Virus record (IMG/VR): IMGVR_UViG_2808606796_000002
Direction: 5' to 3' (one strand)
Length of the DNA: 64,000 nt
Source of the DNA: an uncultured virus (IMG/VR IMGVR_UViG_2808606796_000002)
Taxonomy: Duplodnaviria; Heunggongvirae; Uroviricota; Caudoviricetes
Shown here piece by piece: positions 28,280-39,022 of the stretch. The notes under the pieces are model-generated. The model was not told the origin of the DNA. It searched no databases and saw only the letters and a program-made list of their open reading frames with translations. Positions within the stretch are counted from its first letter, which is position 1. Each line of letters opens with the position of its first letter. The position numbers and the translations under genes are program-made.

Positions 28280-28711
28280 ATGATCGACGTCGATGAATTC
28301 CGCCTTAAGTTCCCGGCTTTTGCTAATCCCATGCTGTACCCAACTGACAGTATTTTGCTGATGTCCGAAATGGTGGATTGCTACATTGACGTTGGTAATC
28401 GTTGGTTCCGCTGCGTGAAATGCCAGGAGTTAATGACTGAACTGCTTGCCGCGCACCTGCTGATAATCAATGGAACGCCAACGGCTCCAGCCAGCGGCGC
28501 AACTGGCATTATCAGCAATGCCACGGTTGGCTCAGTCAGTGTTGGGTTCGCTAATGCAGCGGCAAGCAAAGGCGCGTTCATGGCCTGGCTCGGCAAGACA
28601 CCTTACGGTGAACAGCTTGCTGCGCTACTAGCGAGATTGTCTATCGGGCTTGGTTATGTTGGCGGTATTCCTGAGCGCCGCGCATTCCGTAAGGCTGGCG
28701 GGAGGTTCTGA
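28280..28711 (+). CDS. Head-tail adaptor (DUF4054-like)
   Basis: FRLKFPAF...LLAAHLL...VGSVSV...TPYG. Confidence 0.8.
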   Translation: MIDVDEFRLKFPAFANPMLYPTDSILLMSEMVDCYIDVGNRWFRCVKCQELMTELLAAHLLIINGTPTAPASGATGIISNATVGSVSVGFANAAASKGAFMAWLGKTPYGEQLAALLARLSIGLGYVGGIPERRAFRKAGGRF

Positions 28712-29157
28712 TGGGTTGGGAGGATTTGGTAAAGCGGGTTGAGGCTCTTGGAAAACTCAAAACAGAGGTTGGCTGGCAGGATACCGCAAAATATCCGGAT
28801 GGAACGCCTGTTGCTCTGGTTGCGCAGACACAGGAATACGGATCACCCGCGCGCCATATCCCACCACGCACGATGGTCAGGCCTACCATCCTTGCAGAAA
28901 AACGCGCCTGGTCTGACTCCATGGGGCAGGGAGTAAAAGCAGTAGCACAAGGCAAGCGCTCCCCACTTCAAGTTATGCAGGCCATAGGCGAACTGGCTGC
29001 TGGCGATGTTCGGCAGGCGATTACCCAGATTAATAGCCCTGTACTGGCTGACAGCACGAAAGCATCACGTAAGCGTCGTGGGCTTGAACCAAACAAGCCA
29101 CTCCAGGCAACTGGCTTAATGCTGACCACCTGCACTTCAATCGTTAAGGAGAAATGA
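28711..29157 (+). CDS. Neck/tail completion protein
   Basis: QEYG...IPPR; synteny. Confidence 0.7.
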   Translation: MGWEDLVKRVEALGKLKTEVGWQDTAKYPDGTPVALVAQTQEYGSPARHIPPRTMVRPTILAEKRAWSDSMGQGVKAVAQGKRSPLQVMQAIGELAAGDVRQAITQINSPVLADSTKASRKRRGLEPNKPLQATGLMLTTCTSIVKEK

Positions 29158-29525
29158 TGTTCGTACCAGGCGCAAACATTTTAGGCATGACCCTGACTGC
29201 TATAGCTCCCACGGCAGGCGTGCAGATTAAGCGTTTTCAGGGCCAGCAGGACAATGACTTCGGGAAACCGGTCAACACCTATAGTCAGCCAGAACTGTTA
29301 TATGGGGCAGCTGCCCAGCCCCTTTCATTTCATGATATTCAGCAGCTAGGCCTGACTACCGGTCGGCAATACATTACAGCCTGGATACAAACTGGCGCGC
29401 ATTCTGCCTATCGTGGTGGCGCGGCTGATTTGATTGTCTGGGATAGCTCTGACTGGGAAGTGCTTGAGCCAACTTCATGGAAGGTGCAGGACGGCTGGAC
29501 CCAACTGGTGGCGGTAAGGCAATGA
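29154..29525 (+). CDS. Head closure protein
   Basis: Synteny. Confidence 0.6.
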   Translation: MMFVPGANILGMTLTAIAPTAGVQIKRFQGQQDNDFGKPVNTYSQPELLYGAAAQPLSFHDIQQLGLTTGRQYITAWIQTGAHSAYRGGAADLIVWDSSDWEVLEPTSWKVQDGWTQLVAVRQ

Positions 29526-30055
29526 ATGCAATATTCAAACTTCTTCGGGACGTGTTGATAGCCGGGTTTGCTGAGCAGGGTATGCAAGTTCGTGTGATGC
29601 AGAGCTACACAGGCGTCTCAACAGGTCCGCCAGCCGTTCCTGCAATCATAATGCATCACATCGCTACTGAACGAGTTGGGTGGCAATCACACCAGTTAAG
29701 AGCTGATGCTGGCAATCCTGTTCTGATTGAGAAACAGAATGTTGCCGAAACCATCCAGTTTAATGCCGTGCTTCCGGAGGTTAATCCGGAGGACGAAACT
29801 ATCGACACGCTGTCGGCTCAAGGCGTGCTGACCATGGCGTCAATGATATTGCAAAGCCATCGAATGATTCTTGCTGTTAAAGCAGAAGGCATGGGCGTGC
29901 AGGTCGTTAGATCCATCACTTCAAATTATATACAGAACGAAAGCGAACAGTGGGAAAACGTCCCGAGCTTCGATCTGGTTATTTGTCACAAACTCACACT
30001 TACCCATGACGTGGGCGTTGTTGAGGAAATCACCAGCGGGATATACCGCGTTTAA
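29522..30055 (+). CDS. Tail terminator-like protein
   Basis: Synteny before sheath gene. Confidence 0.6.
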   Translation: MNAIFKLLRDVLIAGFAEQGMQVRVMQSYTGVSTGPPAVPAIIMHHIATERVGWQSHQLRADAGNPVLIEKQNVAETIQFNAVLPEVNPEDETIDTLSAQGVLTMASMILQSHRMILAVKAEGMGVQVVRSITSNYIQNESEQWENVPSFDLVICHKLTLTHDVGVVEEITSGIYRV

Positions 30056-30067
30056 CGAGGATTGCTG

Positions 30068-31594
30068 ATGAGCATCTCTATCAAGAAATACGTGGACATT
30101 ACGTCCGGCGTAGGGGGCAGCGCAGCCGTTAAAGAGCGCGAGCTTATTCTTCGCCTGTTCACGAAGGACACGAAGGTTCCTGCTGGCGTCGTGATGGAAT
30201 TTACTGACCTGAATGACGTGGCCACAACCTTTGGCACAACCTCTGAAGAATACAAGCGTGCTGCGCTCTACTTTGGCTTTGTGTCGAAGATGATCACCAA
30301 AGCGAAGAAACTTTCATTCGCACACTACAACGATGCATCTGCACCGGCATCACCGGCTATTGTTGGCGGAACTGCGCTGACCACAATTGCCACCTGGAAA
30401 GCCATTACTGATGGCTCTGTGCGAATTGAAGTCGGTCCATCTGATTATTTGCTGGATGATTTGGACTTCTCTTCAGCCGCAGCCCTTGCTGATGTTGCTG
30501 GCACCATTCAGACCAAGCTACAAACTATCCTCATTGGAGCGACGGTTACCTATGATGGTACCGGTCAGAAATTTAATGCCTCATTCGTTGGGCATGATGC
30601 ACCGGCTGCCGTCAGCGTTATTGCTTCAGGTTCGGGTGCAGATATTGCTGATAACCTTGGCTGGACCACAGCGAAAGGCATGGTGACGTCGCCAGGCTCA
30701 AATGCAATGACCGCACTGGATTACATCATTGAAGCTGACGAAATTAGTGATAACTACGGCTCGTTCGCATGCTGTGGGGCCGCACTTGATCATGATGTTG
30801 TGCAGTCCATTGCAGCCTGGAACAACGCGCAAAACGTGAAGTACCAGTATCTGGTTCCGGTCACCAAAGCTAATTATGTTGCGTGGTACGGAACCCTTAT
30901 GAGTTATAGCGGCTGCGCGCTGACCATCGTCAATGATGGCAATACCGAATTCGATGAGATGATTCCCGGTATCATTCTTGGCTCCACGGATTACAACCAG
31001 CGCAATGCCAGCCAGAACTTCATGTTCCAGCAGGTAGCTGGTTTCACGCCGAAAGTGGACAGCAACACAGAGGCTAATGATATCGATACCAATACCCGAG
31101 TGAACTACTACGGGCGTACTAAAAATGCTGGTCAGCCAATCGACTTGTACCAGAATGGTTATCTCTGCGGCACTTCAACTTCACCGCTGCAGATGAACGT
31201 ATACGCGAATGAACAATGGTTCAAATCAGCAGCGGTCGCTGTATTGATGACCGGACTTCTTTCTTTGCCAATCATTCCGGCTACGGAAGAAGGTCGAGCC
31301 ATCGTTATCAGCTTGCTGAATGGTGGTGACGATGCACCAATCCCGCGCGCGCTGTTCAACGGAACCATCAAGGCGGAGAAAGACCTGACTGTCACGCAAA
31401 AGGCTTATGTCACGCAAGTGACAGGTGATCCGCTGGCATGGCACCAGGTGCAGTCGATTGGATGGTGGCTTGATGCTCAGGTTCTTCAGGAAGCTCAGAC
31501 CAACGGCACGATTAAGTACGTCATTGATTACACGCTAGTGTATTCCAAAGCCGACGCGGTGAATAAAATCACCGGGCGCGACATCCTGATTTAA
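30068..31594 (+). CDS. Tail sheath (DUF3383-like)
   Basis: MSISIKKYVDITSGVGG...YSKADAVNKITG. Confidence 0.85.
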   Translation: MSISIKKYVDITSGVGGSAAVKERELILRLFTKDTKVPAGVVMEFTDLNDVATTFGTTSEEYKRAALYFGFVSKMITKAKKLSFAHYNDASAPASPAIVGGTALTTIATWKAITDGSVRIEVGPSDYLLDDLDFSSAAALADVAGTIQTKLQTILIGATVTYDGTGQKFNASFVGHDAPAAVSVIASGSGADIADNLGWTTAKGMVTSPGSNAMTALDYIIEADEISDNYGSFACCGAALDHDVVQSIAAWNNAQNVKYQYLVPVTKANYVAWYGTLMSYSGCALTIVNDGNTEFDEMIPGIILGSTDYNQRNASQNFMFQQVAGFTPKVDSNTEANDIDTNTRVNYYGRTKNAGQPIDLYQNGYLCGTSTSPLQMNVYANEQWFKSAAVAVLMTGLLSLPIIPATEEGRAIVISLLNGGDDAPIPRALFNGTIKAEKDLTVTQKAYVTQVTGDPLAWHQVQSIGWWLDAQVLQEAQTNGTIKYVIDYTLVYSKADAVNKITGRDILI

Positions 31595-31644
31595 TTCAGC
31601 CCTGGATAAGCCGCCATGCGCGGCTTTTTTGTTGGAGATAAAAG

Positions 31645-32094
31645 ATGCAAGACGTTGCAGGCTTCGGCCTACAGGTTCGCCTCATCGCGAGCAAAACATA
31701 CCCATCAGGTTTTACCATTACAGCCTTCGCTGACGATGCCGACCCGTTTGATTTGCCGGCGCTTCAAATTAACGACGCTGCAATGGGGCTAAATGGCGAC
31801 ATGGTGGTCTGGTCGAAGGCCAACCCAATTTCTTTCTCCCTGGCTGTCATTCCAAAGTCAGAGGACGATAAGAATCTGGCAGTGGTATTTGAGGCTAATC
31901 GTGCAGCCCGCGGAAAGCGCCCGGCAAAAGATGTGATTACTGTCGTGGGAATCTACCCTGACGGCTCCACCATCACGCTGACGCCGGGGATTATGTACGA
32001 TGGTCTACCTGGTAATTCTGTGGCGTCGGCCGGTCGCTACAAATCGAAAGTCTACAACTTCCGCTTTGAAGGTATGAGCCGGGTAGAGGTGTAA
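31645..32094 (+). CDS. Tail tube protein
   Basis: FADDADPFD; follows sheath and terminator at 31608-31630. Confidence 0.8.
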   Translation: MQDVAGFGLQVRLIASKTYPSGFTITAFADDADPFDLPALQINDAAMGLNGDMVVWSKANPISFSLAVIPKSEDDKNLAVVFEANRAARGKRPAKDVITVVGIYPDGSTITLTPGIMYDGLPGNSVASAGRYKSKVYNFRFEGMSRVEV

Positions 32095-32095
32095 C

Positions 32096-32548
32096 GTGGC
32101 TGAGCTTCTGAATCCAAAGGCAGTAACGGTTGATGACCGGAACGGCGTTAAGCATAGCTTCGTGATCGGCCAGTTTCCTGCAATCGCAGGTCGAGAGATT
32201 GCGGCTAAATATCCGACATCAATTGCGGCACTGGCTAAGCAGTGGGAAGAGAACCAATATGGCGAGAATGAAAAAATCATGCTCAAGGCCATGTCGTTCG
32301 TCGACCGTGTTCTGGTAGATGGCACAACCATTCGACTGACCACTTCGGCCCTGGTCGATAACCACGTTCCGGATGCCGAAGCTCTCCTTCGACTGGAACG
32401 CGCATTGCTGGAACATAACTTCTCATTCTTCGAAAAGTTCAACCGCTCCATTTCCTCAGGCGGTATCATGCAGAATATGATCAAGTTGATTACGTCAACG
32501 CTGACCAGTTCATTGCAACGATCCTCTCAGCAGGACAAGCAACCCTAA
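32096..32548 (+). CDS. Tail assembly chaperone (G-like)
   Basis: Synteny; -1 frame extension to 32664. Confidence 0.75.
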   Translation: MAELLNPKAVTVDDRNGVKHSFVIGQFPAIAGREIAAKYPTSIAALAKQWEENQYGENEKIMLKAMSFVDRVLVDGTTIRLTTSALVDNHVPDAEALLRLERALLEHNFSFFEKFNRSISSGGIMQNMIKLITSTLTSSLQRSSQQDKQP

Positions 32549-32738
32549 CAGAACTGAAGACCTCCGTTACGCTCGAGGAGGCCTATCAGCTGTGGGAGAT
32601 TGTCGTGACCACTCGGTTCAATGAGTGGTGGGCAATGGAGCAGATCAAGAACAAGTCAAATTGATATCGATTATTCAAGTCAATCTCTGTTGATGTGTTA
32701 TTTTTCTTAAGGAGATTAATTAAGCTTGTGATGGGGTT

Positions 32739-33200
32739 ATGAAATATTCAGATTTTAAAAAGATGCCGTACAGGCAGCGCAGAGATTTCATTAAAAATGG
32801 TGGTGAAGTTGAACGAACCATTACGCAAAAAGTGGTTTATTACGGTTCAACGCTATTCATAATTGTGGTCGCTATATTTTTCATTAGGTCATGCTCTAAC
32901 CAGCCGCGAGATAAGCAGGATATTTCAGACATGCTTATCTCCATGTGCTCGGTAGAGGTCGAGGAAAACCTAAAAGATCCTGACAGCTTTAAAGTTGACC
33001 GCAGCCGAACGCTGGCTACTCAAAATAGTAATGGCTACAGTGTTGAAATGGTTTTCAGAGCTAATAATAGCTTTGGCGCAACGGTTCCTGGAACCGCTAT
33101 TTGTGCTTTCGGGAGTAACGGAAAAGATAATAAACCGTTGCTTGAATCGAAGGAGAAGGCCTTTCTTAAATCGGTATCGATAAATGGCAAGCGCATTTAG
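32739..33200 (+). CDS. Moron: single-TMD membrane protein
   Basis: TMD YYGSTLFIIVVAIFFI; LKDPDS...NSFG; terminator at 33228-33251. Confidence 0.75.
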   Translation: MKYSDFKKMPYRQRRDFIKNGGEVERTITQKVVYYGSTLFIIVVAIFFIRSCSNQPRDKQDISDMLISMCSVEVEENLKDPDSFKVDRSRTLATQNSNGYSVEMVFRANNSFGATVPGTAICAFGSNGKDNKPLLESKEKAFLKSVSINGKRI

Positions 33201-33262
33201 TCATCACCTACACAATCAATATTAATGAAACCCGCTCAGGCGGGTTTTTTTATGGAGTTATT

Positions 33263-35041
33263 ATGGGCGTTCTCGACTCATTTGTTTTCCTGCTTGAAAC
33301 CGATAATAAGAACGCCCTGAAAGGAATTCACGAGGCTGGAACAGCACTTGATGATGTTGAGGATGGTTCAAAAGACGCTAAAAAAGCGATGTTAGATATG
33401 TTTACTGGCGTTGGAGAAAAAGCCGGTATAACTGCTGCAAGCTTTAAAGAGGTCGCGATCGGTGCTTTAGGGATTGCAGGGGCCGGGCTATCACTGAATG
33501 CTGTTCTTGAACACACCGAAGACATGCTTAATCGAGTGCGCGATGCCGAGACCGTCGGTGTTGATATTGGGCAATACGATGCACTGTCTCGTACCTTCCA
33601 GAACCTTGGCGTTGACGCTGATGGATTCCGGGATTCAATGATTGACTTGAACGAAGCGCTAGGGGAAGCAGCGGCTGACGCAAAATCAGGTAAAGCCGAA
33701 TCATTTAAAACCTTTGGCATTAGCTTGAAGGATACAGAAGGTAATATTAAATCTGCTGACCAGGCTCTTTTAGAGCTTTCCGGCAGTATGGAAAAGATGG
33801 ATAAGCAGCAGGCCACTTTCCAAATAAAGCAACTTGGCATTACTGATAATGCCGTGATATCAGCGATGTTGAAAGGTCAGAAAGAGCTTGAGCGTCAAAT
33901 AGAATTGCAAAAAGCCCTAGGCGTTCTCAACGAAAAAGATGTTGAGCAGTTAAAGCGATTTAAGTTAGCTCAGAATGAACTATCAACAATTTTTTCTCGC
34001 TTTGCCGATGTGCTTTCTATGGCTGCGGTTCCTGCGCTTGAACTCATAATTGATGTGACAAAAGATGTAATTAAATGGGGACGCGAGCATAAAGGTTTCC
34101 TTATTGGTTTTTTTGGTGCGCTTGCAACGGTGGCGATCCCAATGCTCACCACCTCCTTGTGGAGCATGGCTACGGCTGCATGGGCTGCAATGGCGCCATT
34201 CATTCCTTTTATTGCTGCTGCTGTGGCGCTAGGACTGGTTGTCGATGATTTATGGAATTACTTCAACGGTGGCGAATCTGTCATCGGTGATCTGGTGCAG
34301 CGGTTCCCAGCGCTTGGCGCTGTTTTAGAAGATGCTAAAGCAAGTATCCTGGCACTTTGGGAAGCGCTAAAGGTTCTCTTTACTGACCCATCTCAATTCA
34401 TGGACAACCTGGTTGCTGAGTTAAAGCAGAACTGGGACACGTTGGTAAGCGATGGTGAATCAGCCGCAAACGCGTTACTTGATGCGATAACCAAAGTTTG
34501 GGACAAGCTCTCTACTGATACGAAAGCAATATTCAGTGAGTTGCTGGCGTGGATAAAGGGTCTTTTTTCTCAATTTGGTAGTTATATTTCCAACTCAGTT
34601 TCTGATGCCGCCAATGCAGCTTATGACTCATTACCTGACTTCGTGAAGAAGGGGATTAATCTCGTCAAAGGCAGCGACAAAGAAGAACCAACGAGCAAGC
34701 CAGCTGGACAGGCCAGCGTGGGAAGCGAAGACGTTGAAAATTCTCCAGGTGGAAAAAATATGATGGTGCCGGGTGACAATCCCTTGGTTTCCGGTTCTGC
34801 AAGCGCCAGTGCAGCTAATCATGTTTTAAATAACGCAGCGGCCACACCATCAATTCCAAACAATCCAGCGGCTATATCAAACAGCAGGCAAACAAGCGTA
34901 CAGAACACTCAGAAAATAGAAAACGTGAATATCACAACCGGTTCTGGTGATCCGCAACAGATTCGTACTGCTGTAAGCGATGGCATGAGTGATAGCGTTC
35001 AGCAGATGACTAATCAGTATGACAACGGAGTGAGTCACTAA
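33263..35041 (+). CDS. Tape measure protein (592 aa)
   Basis: Ala-rich helical, central hydrophobic stretch; synteny. Confidence 0.85.
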   Translation: MGVLDSFVFLLETDNKNALKGIHEAGTALDDVEDGSKDAKKAMLDMFTGVGEKAGITAASFKEVAIGALGIAGAGLSLNAVLEHTEDMLNRVRDAETVGVDIGQYDALSRTFQNLGVDADGFRDSMIDLNEALGEAAADAKSGKAESFKTFGISLKDTEGNIKSADQALLELSGSMEKMDKQQATFQIKQLGITDNAVISAMLKGQKELERQIELQKALGVLNEKDVEQLKRFKLAQNELSTIFSRFADVLSMAAVPALELIIDVTKDVIKWGREHKGFLIGFFGALATVAIPMLTTSLWSMATAAWAAMAPFIPFIAAAVALGLVVDDLWNYFNGGESVIGDLVQRFPALGAVLEDAKASILALWEALKVLFTDPSQFMDNLVAELKQNWDTLVSDGESAANALLDAITKVWDKLSTDTKAIFSELLAWIKGLFSQFGSYISNSVSDAANAAYDSLPDFVKKGINLVKGSDKEEPTSKPAGQASVGSEDVENSPGGKNMMVPGDNPLVSGSASASAANHVLNNAAATPSIPNNPAAISNSRQTSVQNTQKIENVNITTGSGDPQQIRTAVSDGMSDSVQQMTNQYDNGVSH

Positions 35042-35670
35042 TGTCTTCCTTCTCCGACTTGATGAACACGGCATCAGGAGCTGTGTCGTCATATGGCCTG
35101 TACGCATCTTCCTTGGCCGTCGATGTGGTTCGTATTACAGATGAGAATGGCGCGCAGCTGTTTAGCCTGGCTCGCTCGATGCGCGCCGCTATGAATCGCT
35201 CATCAGATTTATGTGAGCATCCCCTGGAGACAGGTAACAAAATTGCTGACTTCAAAATCATCAAACCCAACGTTGCTCAGCTCACAATGTTTATTCCCGG
35301 CGACGCTTACGGAACTGTCTATAAAGATATCGAACAGGCATATGTCAGTAGTGCGTCGCTTATTGTTCAAACCAGGGCCTCATCATTCGCGAATATGGTT
35401 ATCACTGACATGCCGCACGATGAAGCTCCGGATCTTGGTGATGTAGTCGCGGTAACGCTAACGCTAAAAGAGGTTAAGTGGTTCACCTCTTCAGTAGAGA
35501 CAATGCCTGCTAAAGAGGTTTCGGTTTCGAGCAAATCAGCCAAAACGGGAGGAACTGCGAAACCCGATGCTGATACCGTTAAGCAGGGCCAAAAGCGGAC
35601 ATCTGAGGCAACAGAGTCAACGAAGAGTAAGTCGACATCAATATTGAAAGATATTAAAGGGTGGTTCTGA
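35041..35670 (+). CDS. Baseplate hub/tube initiator
   Basis: EHPLETG motif; synteny. Confidence 0.7.
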   Translation: MSSFSDLMNTASGAVSSYGLYASSLAVDVVRITDENGAQLFSLARSMRAAMNRSSDLCEHPLETGNKIADFKIIKPNVAQLTMFIPGDAYGTVYKDIEQAYVSSASLIVQTRASSFANMVITDMPHDEAPDLGDVVAVTLTLKEVKWFTSSVETMPAKEVSVSSKSAKTGGTAKPDADTVKQGQKRTSEATESTKSKSTSILKDIKGWF

Positions 35671-35972
35671 TGAAGGTTATCCCGCTCAAACAGTTCCCTC
35701 GCCAGTCGTTTTCCGTTGTGCTTGAAAATTCACTCTATGAGCTATCACTGAAAGAGTGCAATGGCATCATGGCTGTAACTGTTGTTCGTGACGGCGAAAC
35801 TATTGTGAGTAATCGGCGGGCAGTGGCTGGCGCTCCAGTTATTCCGTCGCGATATCTCAATAGTGGTAATTTTTTTATTCTCACTAACAATGACGCGCTC
35901 CCGTATTACACGGAGTTTGAGGGTTCAAATGTGTTCGTCTGGATGACGAATGAGGAGATCGATAATGCTTGA
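35670..35972 (+). CDS. Baseplate protein
   Basis: Synteny. Confidence 0.6.
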   Translation: MKVIPLKQFPRQSFSVVLENSLYELSLKECNGIMAVTVVRDGETIVSNRRAVAGAPVIPSRYLNSGNFFILTNNDALPYYTEFEGSNVFVWMTNEEIDNA

Positions 35973-36852
35973 TGACCGGGTATTGAATATTGGCATTGAG
36001 ATTAACGGGCAGATGCAATTTTATAACGGTGCCGCGGGAACGGTAAAAATTGTGAAGTCTTCAGACAGCAAACAAAACTCCTGTCAGATAACAATCGATA
36101 ACCTGCTCCTTGAAACCATTGATTACCTTGTCACTGAAACATCCCCATGGAATCCGAGCCAGAAGCCAAAGCTGATTACTGTGATGGCGGGCCGCGAGTC
36201 TACCGGGGTAGAGAATATTTATACTGGTGATGTGACACTTGCCGAGCCAAGCATGCCACCAGATCGCCGTCTGACAATGAAGGCATTGACGCAGAACGGA
36301 GCTAAGTACAAGTGGTCGTCTCGTTCCTCTCCTAAAACCACGCAGCTATCTGAACTCTGCAAGCATGTTGCCTCAGATTATGAACTTAATCTGAGGTTTG
36401 AGGCTAAGGACAAGACGATAGCCAACTATGTCTACAACGGCTCAACTGCTCAACAGATTAAGAAACTTGAGCAGGTTGGTGATGTCGATTGCTTTATTGA
36501 TGATGATTTCCTGATCGTGAAAGACTTTGGGAAAGGTACTCGCGGCGAGGTGCGCGTCATATCTGTTTCCACTGGCATGATTGGACCGCCAATACTGGAT
36601 GACAAAGGCATTAAGGTGCGCGTGTTGTTCGACCCAACTATCAAGCTTGGTCAGCAAATTGAAATCCAGTCTGAAGTGAACAAGGCGGCTAACGGTCAGT
36701 ACGTTATCTATAACTGGGCAGCCAGTCTGGCCACTCATGAAAATGACTGGTACCTCGACCTTTCCTGCAACAACGACAACATCAAATCCATTTCAGAACA
36801 GCGAGAGGCACAGAAGAAAACAGATGCCAAATCAGCCAAGCCCAAGTCGTAA
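35965..36852 (+). CDS. Baseplate hub protein
   Basis: TGMIGPP...LFDPTIKLG. Confidence 0.7.
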   Translation: MLDDRVLNIGIEINGQMQFYNGAAGTVKIVKSSDSKQNSCQITIDNLLLETIDYLVTETSPWNPSQKPKLITVMAGRESTGVENIYTGDVTLAEPSMPPDRRLTMKALTQNGAKYKWSSRSSPKTTQLSELCKHVASDYELNLRFEAKDKTIANYVYNGSTAQQIKKLEQVGDVDCFIDDDFLIVKDFGKGTRGEVRVISVSTGMIGPPILDDKGIKVRVLFDPTIKLGQQIEIQSEVNKAANGQYVIYNWAASLATHENDWYLDLSCNNDNIKSISEQREAQKKTDAKSAKPKS

Positions 36853-37480
36853 GCCGGGGCAGGGTGAAGACCTTACCGGAGCAATGGATCTGGTGCTTCG
36901 CAAATTCCTGCTGAATGTCGACGATATGCTACCAGCGCGCATTGTGTCCTATGACAGGGCGGCAAATCGGGCGCAAATAGAAATTCTCTATAAAGTTACC
37001 ATGACCAATGGATCGTTAAACCCTCTCATGGCCCCGGCTGAGGTTCCAGCTTTAACTATCGGGGGCGGTGGCATGTGCCTTACATTCCCGATTAGTCCTG
37101 GAGACCTTGGGTGGATAAAAGCCAGTGACAGGGACATGTCGCTATTTCTTCAAAGCTACGAAGCGGAGCCGGGCAATACAGCCCGGCTTCATTGTTTTGA
37201 AGATGGAGTATTCATTCCAGACGTGATGAAAGGCTTTGTTGTAAAGGATGGTGATGCAGCCACGCTCCAGACGTTGGATGGCACAACATCAGTAGCAATT
37301 AAGCCTGGGAGTATCAAGCTGACGGTAGGTAGCGCAGTCGTATCTATCACTGAGAGCAGCGTGGTATCAAACAAAGTAATTGAAGCCCCTGATTTTAAAG
37401 CCGGTGATATCACACTGAAGACTCACCGACAGTCAGGAGTACAGAGCGGTTCGGATACATCAGGGGGGCCGGTTGTATGA
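36824..37480 (+). CDS. Spike protein (Gp138-like)
   Basis: LPARIVSYD...FPISPGDLG...LKTHRQSGVQSG. Confidence 0.8.
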   Translation: MPNQPSPSRKPGQGEDLTGAMDLVLRKFLLNVDDMLPARIVSYDRAANRAQIEILYKVTMTNGSLNPLMAPAEVPALTIGGGGMCLTFPISPGDLGWIKASDRDMSLFLQSYEAEPGNTARLHCFEDGVFIPDVMKGFVVKDGDAATLQTLDGTTSVAIKPGSIKLTVGSAVVSITESSVVSNKVIEAPDFKAGDITLKTHRQSGVQSGSDTSGGPVV

Positions 37481-37827
37481 AGACGTTAGCGACCAATGAC
37501 AAAAATGACATCTACCTCGGGCCAGATGGAAATCTGGAGTTATTCACTGGACTGATGGCGACATTACAAACCTGCGAGCATGTTGCAAGAACCCGGCTAA
37601 CGGAACTCCCTTACGCACAATCACGCGGCATACCATTCTTTGATATTGCTCTGGGTTCCTCACCAGATATGAGCCTGTACGACATGTATCTTCGGAAAGT
37701 CTATCTCACAGCGCCTGGCGTGACTGCGGTTGGAAATATCAGTTTCCGGCTTGTTGGAGATGAACTCAAATACACGGCAGAAATAAAAACTATTTACGGG
37801 ACGGAGAGCGCGAGTGGCAGCCTATAA
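37477..37827 (+). CDS. Baseplate wedge (gp25-like)
   Basis: Synteny; GIPFF...IKTIYG. Confidence 0.7.
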   Translation: MKTLATNDKNDIYLGPDGNLELFTGLMATLQTCEHVARTRLTELPYAQSRGIPFFDIALGSSPDMSLYDMYLRKVYLTAPGVTAVGNISFRLVGDELKYTAEIKTIYGTESASGSL

Positions 37828-39022
37828 CTATCTTTCACCGCAGGGTCTTATTGTCCCTGATACATCGCAAATACTCACCGATACAGAAAATGAATGGAAA
37901 TCTGCGTTTGGAGATGATCTTGACGTAACACCTGATACGCCTCAAGGGATGATAATTGCCAGTGACGTTGCTGTGCGCTCCGAGATGGCCGCAAACAATG
38001 CAGCGGTGGCAAATCAAATAAACCCCAACTATTCGGGTGGTGTCTTCCTTGATGATATCTGGGCTTTAACCGGAGGAAAGCGCCGCGAGGCGGCTTACAC
38101 GCTTGTTGATGGAGTTTTGTTGACTGGTATTCCAGGTGTGGTTATTCCATCTGGCTCACGCCGATCCTCGAATGGAAATCTTTTCGAACTGCTATCTACC
38201 GTTACCCTGAGTAACACAGGTAGCGGGACCGGTATTTTCCAGGCGCTTGAATCTGGCCCTGTCCCATGCCCCGCCCACTCCCTGACAGCACCAGTGTCTG
38301 GTTATACCTCGGTAGGGTGGGAAACGTCAGATAACCCGGTTGCAGGAACGCTCGGTGCTGAAGAACAATCCGACCTCTCTGCCCGAAAGGAGCGCACCCA
38401 GACACTGGCGATACAAGGGCGGTCAATCTCTGAAGCTGTATTTTCAAATGTACGCGCAGTGAATGGCGTTAAGTCTCTGTCATTCAGGGAGAATGTAGAA
38501 GCTACAACCAAGACAATAGACAAAATAAGTTTAATTGGGCACTCAGTGTGGGCATGTGTAGATGGAGGCGAGGATTCGATCGTTGCCGAAGCGTTATATC
38601 GCTCTAAAACTGGCGGAACAAACTGGAATGGTGCTGTAGAAGTTACGATTACAGATCGCTGGTCTGGTCAAAGTAGTAAAGTCAAATTCGACAGGCCGAC
38701 TGCGAAACCAGTGATGGTGAAATTTACTGTAGTAGCCAAGGGGATCGGCACAGGCGATCCAGCATCGTTGATAAAAGACACCATTATAAAGTACGCCTCT
38801 GGCCAACTTGAGAATGGAGAGGAGGGGTTTGTTCTTGGCGTCGATGTTTCACCGTTTGAATTGTCAGCGGCTGCGAATACTGCATCACCACAAATATTCA
38901 TCAAGAGTGTAGAGATTTCGCTAAAAGCTGTCGCCCCAACATGGTCAAAAGATGATATTGAAATCGGATTGAATGAAAAGGCAACCATTCAGGTTGATGA
39001 TATTCTTGTGGTGACAACATGA
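37814..39022 (+). CDS. Baseplate J-like protein
   Basis: TPDTPQG...INPNYSGGVFLD. Confidence 0.85.
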   Translation: MAAYNYLSPQGLIVPDTSQILTDTENEWKSAFGDDLDVTPDTPQGMIIASDVAVRSEMAANNAAVANQINPNYSGGVFLDDIWALTGGKRREAAYTLVDGVLLTGIPGVVIPSGSRRSSNGNLFELLSTVTLSNTGSGTGIFQALESGPVPCPAHSLTAPVSGYTSVGWETSDNPVAGTLGAEEQSDLSARKERTQTLAIQGRSISEAVFSNVRAVNGVKSLSFRENVEATTKTIDKISLIGHSVWACVDGGEDSIVAEALYRSKTGGTNWNGAVEVTITDRWSGQSSKVKFDRPTAKPVMVKFTVVAKGIGTGDPASLIKDTIIKYASGQLENGEEGFVLGVDVSPFELSAAANTASPQIFIKSVEISLKAVAPTWSKDDIEIGLNEKATIQVDDILVVTT

